Positions 54,353-64,000 of a stretch of DNA of 64,000 nucleotides are shown here, piece by piece. Position numbers and translations under genes: made by a program. Each line of letters starts with the position of its first letter. The stretch's first letter is position 1. Origin of the DNA: Alloascoidea hylecoeti (lineage: Eukaryota); contig BCKZ01000012.1 in assembly GCA_001600815.1 (NCBI GenBank), forward strand, positions 124,001-188,000, in the 5' to 3' direction. The notes below the pieces were generated by a model. That model was given only the letters and a program-made list of their open reading frames with translations. It ran no database searches and had not been told where the DNA came from.

Positions 54353-55230
54353 ATGGCAGGAATAACGAAAACCAAACGGACCACAAGGTCTGCTAGCAAG
54401 AAAGGAAACAATGTGGTCAACAAAAAAAATGCTATAAAAGACCAAGAAGAAGATGCTGGGTTCTCAAGTGAATCAGATGATGATTTTAAAGGATTTTCTT
54501 CTACAGATGATGATAGTGGGTTTGAATCCGAAAGTGAAAGTGAAAATGAAAGCAACTCTAAAAACAAATCTGAACAAAAAAAAGTTGAGGAAAAAGTTGA
54601 TGTTAACGCTTTTGCTTCTAGCGATGAGGAAGAGGATGAAGAGATAACCGATACATTGCTCAATACATCCTCCACAACCAAAAAATCTGACTCCAATAAT
54701 GAGAAAGATATAAAAGAGAAGAGAGGTGTCATATATGTAGGCAGAATCCCTCATGGTTTCTATGAAGAGCAAGTACGTATCATTTTTCACAAAGAAAACT
54801 TGAATTTATGCTAACGTTCAATATATAGATGAAATCATACTTTAGTCAATATGGTGATATCACAAGATTAAGAATCTCAAGAAATAAAAAAACAGGCAAA
54901 TCAAAACATTTTGGCTTCATAGAATTTAAAACGGAAACAGTTGCAAAGATTGCCGCAGAGGCAATGAATAACTATTTGTTATTTGGGCATATTTTGAAAG
55001 TCCAACAAATTGCTCCAGAAAATGTCCATGAAGAATTGTTCGCTGGTGCAAACAAAACTTTTAAAGCTGTTCAATGGAATAGAATTGCCAAATATAAGAA
55101 TGATAAACCCAAACTTGAATCTCGTTGGAAACTCTTAAAAGATAAAGATATAAAAACTAAAAAAACAAGACAACAAAAACTGAAGGCAGCTGGTATTAAC
55201 TTTGATATTTCCTTGCTTGCACCTAAATAA
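54353..55230 (+). CDS. NOP15: RRM-domain 60S biogenesis factor Nop15; intron 54773-54828
   Basis: 'GVIYVGRIPHGFYEEQ|MKSYFSQYGDITRLRISRNKKTGKSKHFGFIEF', 'MNNYLLFGHIL'. Confidence 0.94.
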
Positions 55231-56087
55231 GAATACATGTGATCCTTTAATTTTCTTTTATTTTTCAAATTTTCAAGTTAAATTGCATATACTATAGCTA
55301 TTTTTTTAATCTACCAAAATATATACATAATTATGTAACACATAAATTGGTATAAACAGAAAAAGCATCAAAGCTGATTTGTAATTATAAATAACACTCG
55401 AGCAACATATCCATATTAATATTGATCATCACTTCTAAAAGTACCACAAATAAAAAGAAAGAATCGTCACTTATAGCCTGTTTTATATATTTTTTCTGTT
55501 TCACTAAAAAGTTAGACAAAAGCCAATATTTCCCGATTAGGATAAGTCTTGCGAAACCACAGACATTATCGTGCAGTGAAAATACTCACATCCTTTATCA
55601 TCCAATCAATGAAATTAGATCTCTTATGTCTTTAAGTAAAGCTTGGTACTCAAAATCATTTCATTTTTTGTGGTTTTTTATTGTTGAAAATATATACGTA
55701 AAATTAAATGGTTTAATAGCATTATGGCGATTGAGAGATTGTGTAATTGATACGAAATTATTCTTCCAACACATATCTATAAAATTATAAAAACATTCTG
55801 TAAATACGTGAAACTATGATCATAAGTAGCTCTCAAATAAATATGCAAGAATTCATATTAATAATTGGGATGGACAAACAATGATTTGATAGAAAAATAT
55901 AAAGGTTGAATTTGACAGTTTTAAAGTTATTCGGTTGATAAGTGATGCATATTTTTACCAAACAGAGAGATGATCCATATATCAGCTTTAGTATTTATAA
56001 GCTACATAATCTCCACTTTATTCTTTTTTATTTTAATCCTTATTTTCCTCTACATTTGAAAACAAATAAATTCATATTCAAATTAAA

Positions 56088-56700
56088 ATGGCCGAAACCA
56101 CAACTCTCACAGTTTACAGTTTAGAAGAAGTGTCAAAGCACAACACTAGAGATGATCTTTGGATGATATACAAAGGAAAGGTTTATGATTGCACATCTTT
56201 CTTGGATGAGCATCCGTAAGTGTAGAAGTTTTGGGTTTCTTTCAAATTATTTATTATTAATTTTAACATCAACTTATTTAAAGAGGTGGAGAAGAAGTTA
56301 TGATTGAGTGCGGTGGTATAGATGCCACTGAACCATTTGATGTATGTTGCTACTTTTGGTATTCAAAGTTATTTAACCATTAACAAATTTAATAGGAAGT
56401 TGGACATTCAGAGGACGCTCTAGAAATGCTTGGTGCTATGCTTGTTGGTGTTGCAGATCTGGTAAGTATGATGCTATTATGGAGAAATAAGATATGATGA
56501 CATCTAACCTGCTTTAATTTCTTTAGCCCAAAAAATCAACGACGAATCCTATTACAATTCCACCGTAAGTGTTTTCAAATTTTTATTTTTCTTCACTATG
56601 ATTTGTTTATAATCTAATCAATTTCATATTTAGATACACAATAATTGGTGCCGTCTCGATAGTCGGTATTGTTGTTGCTTTTGTGTTCAGCAAAAGATGA
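56088..56700 (+). CDS. CYB5: Tail-anchored cytochrome b5; introns 56216-56283, 56342-56395, 56462-56526, 56565-56633
   Basis: Spliced '[36 protein letters not shown]...DATEPFDEVGHSEDA', C-terminal TM; absent from the ORF track. Confidence 0.92.
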
Positions 56701-56788
56701 TTAATGTTTGATGGATTCTGTATTTTGAGTAGTTCGTTTTAATAAAATTGCATTTCTTTATAAATATATTCTATTTATTCTATCAAAA

Positions 56789-57629
56789 TTAGTTTAGTAG
56801 AGCTTTTTCTAATAATTTGTAAGTTGGTCTTAAAGGTAGGCCAACAACGTTCTGATAATCGCCGTTTATTTTGGATATGAGAACTCCACCGAATTTTTGA
56901 ATCATAAATCCACCAGCCACATTTGAACCTTCCCCACTCTCCACATATTCTTTTAAGGTTGCATCACTGATCGTTGTATCGAAGTAAACGTCTGTTTTTT
57001 CAATATGTGTAACTTGTTTATAATCGTAACATTTCTCGTCAACCTCACTATTAGATAAACGGGGGCACATTGGAACCAAAATCACAATTCCAGTCATGAC
57101 TGTGTGAATACCACCAGGAGAATCTCTTAGAGTTTTCAACATTTCTAGATGGTTCTCATCTCTTGAAGGTTTTTCGTATATTTTCCCGTTGCAAACTACC
57201 ACCGTATCTGCTGAAAGTATTACATCAACTTTCTCTTTTCTTGAAATCTACAAATTTGAAGCATTAATAATTTATGAATCCCATAATTCTAAATAGGGCC
57301 GGTATCGGCCGAGTATATATAATACTAACCAGAGACTTGTGGACTTCTGTTCCCTTCTCGATCGCCGTTTCTAGCACATACTATAAAGTAATTTAATACC
57401 ATTATAATTAGTTATATAATACAATAAAAGGAAACCAATTTTTTTTCATGCATACTTTATCAGGTGTCAAACTCGTCTTATCAAGATCTTCTTCAAAAGT
57501 TGATGGGACAATTTCAACATTTTCAACTCCCATTTGGTGTAAGATTTCCAGTCTTCTAGGAGAAGAGGAAGCAAGAATAAATCTTTTATCCTTTAAAAAC
57601 TCTAACAATCGAGTGTTAGGTATAGACAT
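56789..57629 (-). CDS. Maf-family nucleotide pyrophosphatase (YOR111W-like); introns 57381-57455, 57248-57329
   Basis: 'ILASSSPRRLEIL', 'PSTFEEDLDK', 'SADTVVV...IYEKP', 'AGGF.IQ', 'GDYQNVVGLP'. Confidence 0.9.
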
Positions 57630-57836
57630 GGCAGTGTTTTAGACAGTTGAGGAGGTTAGAAGAAGTATAATATAAGTGTGCCCTAGGTTTTATAATTATG
57701 GTTTGGTTCATAGGCTACATTATTTTTTTATTACGTGCAGGTGGACACACTTCAGCTAATAACTATTTCACTCATATAATCAAAAGTCAACCACTTCAAG
57801 TATCTATCTATAGCAATATTACCAAAAAAATTGGCT

Positions 57837-60207
57837 CTAATATCTTTTGACAAGATAAACACCAAAATCCATGCCTGTTAATAAACTAGTGCCTTCTTTT
57901 TTCTTTATATCAATTCCAACTACATCTCTAGTAGCCAAAAATAAAATTGAACTAAATGCTGAGGATGCTTCTTTACGTGTAATAACCTCAGTTGAATCTC
58001 TTTTTGAAATCATAGAAGGTACCATTCCTTCAAATCTTAAACATTTTCTTTTACCTTTTACTTGATCTTGAGTTGAAAGCTTCGATCTCAAAAATTTAAG
58101 AAATTGGGCAGCATTTTTACCATAATAATCTTCTAAATTTTCATCCATATTTGAATGACCTTTTAACAATTTCATTTCTAATTATAGTTCGTTAATTTTA
58201 AATTCCGTTGAAAATTTATTCAATTTATAGAAAATTTACTTACCTCCCATATTTTCTTCAGTTAATAAATCCTTCATATCTCCAAGCTCTGAAGTTCTAC
58301 TACCACTTCTACTTCTAGTTAAATTTAAATGATTAAACCCACCAGAGCTAGTTGAAATACCTTCTTGCCAAAACAATGCTTTGGGATCATCAGATATATC
58401 AACATCGTATGATCCCCCAAAATCATTGTAATAAAATGATTCATCAACATCATTATTTTGTTGTGATAAAATACTGTTTCCATGATTGGAAAAAATACTA
58501 AGACGGCTATTTGTATTGCTATTATTTCTACCAAATTCAAATTCTGCGGCGCTATTATTTCTTAATACTTCAATCTCATCTCCATCCTTGATGTTAGGAT
58601 TGAGAAATCCTTTAATATTCCCATCTTCTTCCAGTTGGGGTTCATTAGATATAACATCATTGTTAGGAATATTCAAAGCTTCATGTAAAAACCTAGGATT
58701 TGATTCTCGCTCTAATTGATACCAATATGGCATAATTTTCTTAATATATGGTTTTGCTTTCCTCTGTTGTACAATTAATGATTTCATATTTTCTAAATAA
58801 CAGTCACGGAAAGAACGTAGATTATTAGTTGATAATGTAGTAGATTCATCCAAATTTGGATGAATTTTCTTTAATAATTTTCTTTTCTTCAATTGCATGT
58901 TATTCACATTAGAACTATTAGGATCTAATTCAGCCAAAATAGAACCATCTAAATTTTCATTTTGAAAATCAAAATCTTCTGATTGTCTTATTCTCTTTTT
59001 TATACCAAAATCATCATTTTCACCAAAATAATCAATACCTGACAATTCTAAATCTAAATCTAAATCTAATTGATTGTTTAATTGATTTAAATTTGAACTT
59101 TCATTTTCTTTGTTTTTTTCAGGAACTTGGGTATCAATAATTTGCCCATCATCACCAAATTCGAATAAAACATCACCATTGATATCAAAATTATCATCAT
59201 ACCCACTGATATTAGTAGGATCATCAAAGGAAGCAGATATTGAATGTAATCCAGGATCCAATAAACCACCTGTGTACAATGATGAGCTTTCACCTAGATT
59301 CAAATTATCATTAATGGAATTATCATCATTAATTGACAAGTTAACTGATTGAGTATCAACCATCTTGTTGTTATTTAACATTTTGTTTGCATTTGATTTA
59401 TGTTGCGATGAGCCAATTGCAAGCGACATGGAAGGTAGCAAATCGATATCAATTTGGAACAATGGATCATCATTCAATAGAACCACTTCAGATCTAATTA
59501 AATCCATAAGAAGGTGATATCATGTTAGTAATTTCATTAATAAATATTGCAATGGGTATATTTAATTTGACTTTTTCAAGAGATAAAATATTTCAATATT
59601 TGGTATATACCTATTTCCTGTAGTATAAGAATTTGTTTGTACCAGCAAATTTTTCCCGGCTGCATTTAAACTTTTGGTATAAATGGATTTGTTTAACTTT
59701 GTTCTTGCGGTGGATGTATCAGCTGAATGAAGAAAGATCAAAATGATCATGGAGTTAGCTATGCAACAACATCAAAACAAAATGGGTATCTAAAGTCACA
59801 GGGTGTTACACGTACAGAAGAAATACTTCAACTGCTGACTATAAACCAATGTTATTCCAAACAAGAGGTTTGAGCTTAGTCTCAATGCTAACGGAACTGG
59901 TGGGTTTGAAACCGTTTTACAAGCTTTCGGAATTGAAACTTTCAAAATGTCCTAGAAGAATAGATATAATCCGATTAGCAGTGGCGGGGATCTCTGTAAT
60001 CGATTGTTTATGTTGTACCTTTTTCGCCACCTTTCTGTAAGATGATTTGGATCCCAATGTTGATAGCAACCTACACGATGTTGTGGGGGGTGTTAGAATG
60101 GCCATCTTATTCAAGCGGCGATATGCCGTTGTTGAACAAAAAGGGACGTACCAGACAGTGCCAATATCTCCTTCGTGTGTGATCAACAAATCCTCAGTGA
60201 AAAACAT
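57837..60207 (-). CDS. REC8: Meiotic cohesin kleisin Rec8, 648 aa; introns 60071-60151, 59952-60018, 59723-59815, 59494-59610, 58178-58243
   Basis: Spliced 'MFF..DLL....GDIGTVWLLSTLG...KKDILKVSIPKAC...PLALRLSSNLLFGIT.VY'; C-terminal 'TRKEASSAFSSILFLAT'; exons total 1947 nt in frame. Confidence 0.88.
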
Positions 60208-62271
60208 TGTGTAGCTGTGGTTGCGAAATCAATTGCACGTTGATGAAAATATTAAGAAAAAAGGGAAGAAAAAGGGGTTGAGTTGTTGGGATGTTGGCGA
60301 TCCATCGCAGGGTTTGGCACAAAATGTTCGTTTTCCCAGAGTATGAACAGCATATAATTATCATTTTAAGTATTGGCGTAAAGACCGCCAAACGGTGCGT
60401 TGCGTCGAATTTACATCCTGAAATGGCGTATAGCTATATTAATCTAAAACCAGCACTAATACTAATTTGCAGTTGTTATATTAATATTATAATATTTCAT
60501 ATACCTTTATCGATCAGATCCGAACTCAATTGAAACGTTTAATTAGAGTAGAGCATCCTAATTTTCGTCTCCAATAACAATTGTTGGCCTTACCAATTGT
60601 ATACCTATAGTTACATGTTAAATAAACCGTAATAGCTGGCTAGCCAGATAATTGTGGCCATGGAAGCATACATGTTTAGATTGCAAATTTTTCTTCAAAT
60701 TCTAGGTAAATATCTGTGTACAGTGTACTTTTTGATAACCGAAATTCATCAATTCAAAGCAAGTGAAATTAATATTCTAAATCGATCAGAAATTAAACTT
60801 TCAGAGAGATGTATTTTCAGTGAAACTTGAATAGTGCCATCTGTGCCGATATAGATATCTGTGCCATGACCAATCAATTAACACTAAATTTAAATGAAAA
60901 GCAAGCTGTAATTATAATCTGTCATCTAGAGAAGATGGGCTTCGCTCAATGGAAGAAAGCCCAAACCCTTCTTCAAGTTTTGTAAACCCTAAGCTTATAA
61001 TTAATATTATGATTCGTTTTCCCTACAGGGGAGAAAAAAAGTTGGCTCTTGTTGGGTGCTGGAGTGTTTAATGGGATAAGGTGGGATCATGACCAGGATA
61101 TAGGCAAGTTTTATTGAGTATAACTTATAGATGAGCTTAATCACCAGCTGAACATAAATAGTTTTAGACTTGTGTTTATACCTGATAGATATATATATAG
61201 CGTTTGGAGTACTATAGCTACCTGTTTCGTTACCGAGGCTTAATATTCCTTATATCATTTTATATTATATATTATATAGAATTATTATAAATTTTAAGTG
61301 TAATTATTATTACTTTTCTACGTATGCATATGTCAAAATCCTTTCAAATAGTTACTTATATGCAACGCATGTACAACAACTAATTCTTAGTTACCTAATG
61401 TGAAGCAAACCGGGTCCACTCCAGGTCTATTCCATGGCCAGGAACAAGATCTAAAATATACCTTATAGTTCAGCGCCCAAAAAAGTCTGTATATAATTAT
61501 TGTAGTAATCCTTATAAGTTAAATGGTATCGCCTTGACTAACTTGAGTTCATTTTAGATTTTTCCTAGGCATATTCGCGAATTTTTTAAATCTCTAGGTA
61601 CAGTTTAATGTATGCTGAAAATAATAGCAACTATCCAAATCAACATAAATTATGTATGCGAACAGCATGCATAATAAATATGTTTATGAATAAATCACAT
61701 AAAATTATATTTAAGCAATTTTATCATGATCATAAAAAGGTTTTGTTGATATTAGATAACTCCAGTTATAATTAAATATAAATATCTTAAAATAGCCTAG
61801 TTAATAGGTAATGTAATCAGTCAATTGTACACGTATACTTATAATATCTATAATATAACAATATATTTTACAGCCATATATGGAGGACAAGAGAAGAAGC
61901 TTATCTTATTGCATGAAATTAAAAGGCGAGTTTTTTTTGCAGTAATACATACATCAACTCCTCAAACAGATATTACAGGCCCTGTTATATAGGCAGCTTT
62001 TTATATATATAACCAGTTAGTATTAGCCGAAAAAACTATACTCTACAAGTCAAAGCTTTAATTTATACCTATAACAGTATCTATGCATATGCATATCAAT
62101 ATTTTTTCAAAAAGATCGCGAGCTTGTGTTATATAATTACAATTATAATATATATAGTTTATAATTATAACCGTAAAGCCTGAATCCCATTATATATATA
62201 TATCAGGCCAATTCCTCGCCAGTTCTACTCATATATATATAGTTTGTTTTCAACTAAATATAGTGATCAGG

Positions 62272-64000
62272 ATGTCTTTTGATTTTGGCAGCGTTTCTAC
62301 TTATGATGAATTCATAAGAGCCTTACCACCGTTTTTCGGAACTCAAACCCTACTAAATATTCCTAGGAATGAAGAAACCCTTGTGGATTATAGACCTGTC
62401 TCAGCTACTGAATTTAATTTGTGGATTGATTCATGTGCTACCTTACTCAGTCAAAGAGGATTCCCTCCCGTTCCAATTGAGGATAAAAACACTTCAAAGG
62501 TTGGTGTAAGTGTTCTTCTTCAATCAGGAATAGATCTCATTATAAATCAATTGGCTCTGAATCGATTGGGATATTCACCTCTTTTAACTTCCACAAGACT
62601 CTCAGCAAATGTTCTCTTGTATATTCTTGATAGCTTTGAAGAAGCTCCTCATCCAAGAATACTTCATTCAGGATTTGATAAAATTGTTACTCAATGTAAG
62701 GAATTGAATCCTAAATCCGAGATTTCCGAGGCCATTTCATTTAAAGAATATTCAAACGAGGATAATTTATCAAAGTCTATTAATTTTAGTGCATCTAAAG
62801 AAGAAAGTGAAACTATTTTGAGAGAAAGATCTGCTTATTATGCACATTCATCTGGTTCAACTGGTTATCCAAAACTTATTCGTGAAAGTAATAAAGTTAT
62901 TCTTGACGTGATAAAAAATGTCAAAATTCTAGGAACTACTTTAAACACTGCTCCTATATTTCATATGCTTGGAGCTCATGCGTGTGAAGTTTGTTTTGGA
63001 CAGAAATTGACGACTTACCTTTTTAATTATGCCAAACCTGTGACACCTATGAATATAATAAAGACTTTACAGAGCCAAAAGAATGTGGATCATATTATTA
63101 CTGTACCTTATATTGCAATGTTGATGTTAGAATCAGAGGAAGGAGTTGAAGTTATCAAAAGACTTAACGTCGTAACAGCTGCTGGCGCTAAAGTAGCTCA
63201 AGAAATAGGAGATAAAATGATGAAGCTTGGTACAAGACTTAATAGTGTGTATGGAGCTACTGAAACTGGAGTAGTCATGTCCAGTCATCGTCCAACGGAT
63301 AAAGAATGGGAATGGCTTAGTCCTTATCCTGGTTTGGAGGATCATTTGGAATTCATTGATCAAAAGGATGGAAGCTATGAACTACATTTAAAAGAGGATT
63401 TCCCTATGAGATGTCTTACCAACGCTGAAGATGGGGGATGGGATACAAGTGATTTATTTGTTAAACACCCCGAACATAATTGGTATAAGTATCTAGGAAG
63501 AAATGATGATAGAGTTACTCTGTCTACTGGTGAAAAAGTACTTACTATCCCAATTGAATATCAAATAAGATTGAATCCCCTTATTAAAGAATGTGCTGTG
63601 TTTGGTATTGGGAAGGAAATGCCTGGTCTTTTCGTTATCCCTGTTGAAAAACAAAATGACCCTGAGAAATTTTTGGAAGAAATTTGGCCCACGATTGTTG
63701 CAACAAATGAGAATGTTGAACAGTTCTCTAGAATTATTAAAGAGATGGTACATATCCTTCCTTATGATGTGGAGTATCCAGTAGCAGACAAGGGAACTAT
63801 CAAGAGGGGTATGTTCTATAAGAAATTTGCAAAAGAGATTGAAGAAATGTACGAAAAGATAAATTCTTCTGAAACAATTGTTAGTGATGATCATATAGAG
63901 AAGGCAGCAACAATGAGCTTAAAGGAGATTGAATATTTTATTATTGAAAAATTTAAAGAAGTAGGAATTGTAATTCCATCTTCAGATATGGATATATTCA
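62272..64000 (+). CDS. NRPS-like adenylate-forming enzyme (A domain entering the T domain; probable A-T-R carboxylic-acid reductase), 3' partial
   Basis: Open frame from ATG 62272 to the window end; A3 'AHSSGSTGYPK', 'APIFHMLG', A5 'YGATETG', 'WDTSDLF..HP', A8 'GRNDD.VTLSTGEK', A10-like 'DKGTIKRG'. Confidence 0.85.
   Translation, partial: MSFDFGSVSTYDEFIRALPPFFGTQTLLNIPRNEETLVDYRPVSATEFNLWIDSCATLLSQRGFPPVPIEDKNTSKVGVSVLLQSGIDLIINQLALNRLGYSPLLTSTRLSANVLLYILDSFEEAPHPRILHSGFDKIVTQCKELNPKSEISEAISFKEYSNEDNLSKSINFSASKEESETILRERSAYYAHSSGSTGYPKLIRESNKVILDVIKNVKILGTTLNTAPIFHMLGAHACEVCFGQKLTTYLFNYAKPVTPMNIIKTLQSQKNVDHIITVPYIAMLMLESEEGVEVIKRLNVVTAAGAKVAQEIGDKMMKLGTRLNSVYGATETGVVMSSHRPTDKEWEWLSPYPGLEDHLEFIDQKDGSYELHLKEDFPMRCLTNAEDGGWDTSDLFVKHPEHNWYKYLGRNDDRVTLSTGEKVLTIPIEYQIRLNPLIKECAVFGIGKEMPGLFVIPVEKQNDPEKFLEEIWPTIVATNENVEQFSRIIKEMVHILPYDVEYPVADKGTIKRGMFYKKFAKEIEEMYEKINSSETIVSDDHIEKAATMSLKEIEYFIIEKFKEVGIVIPSSDMDIF

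Noticed and set aside
60381..60392. GACCGCCAAA upstream of REC8 as a URS1/Ume6 site
   Set aside because: Mismatches the core TAGCCGCCGA; too weak to call

Overview
AT-rich, intron-rich fungal genomic DNA, most like an early-diverging budding yeast (Saccharomycotina): GTAYGT/GTAAGT donors, (T/G)ACTAAC-type branch points, Reb1/Cbf1/RRPE-like promoter motifs and the standard genetic code (CTG at conserved Leu). I reconstruct about 27 protein-coding genes, many only after manual splicing: NGG1/ADA3 (5' partial), an orphan membrane protein, SCC2, SEC10, SAS4, TOS1-like, GOR1, IRC25/PAC3, SDO1, UPS2, RPS31, PLP1, an unannotated 87-aa spliced orphan, SUR1/CSH1, LAT1, TOM7, FLX1, RPL16, ASG1-like Zn2Cys6 factor, RPC19, CEX1, DBP2, NOP15, cytochrome b5, Maf-like protein, REC8 and an intronless NRPS-like adenylate-forming reductase (3' partial, missed by the ORF track). 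Most notable: a decayed Tc1/impala-like transposase plus a gypsy-like integrase fragment whose lesions look like CpA->TpA (RIP-like) mutation; Mer1-enhancer-like AYACCC motifs in REC8 introns and in the small orphan gene; a structured DBP2 intron with a large RGG repeat tail; and a sharp GC peak at the TOS1 promoter. All gene names come from recognised motifs, not from database searches.
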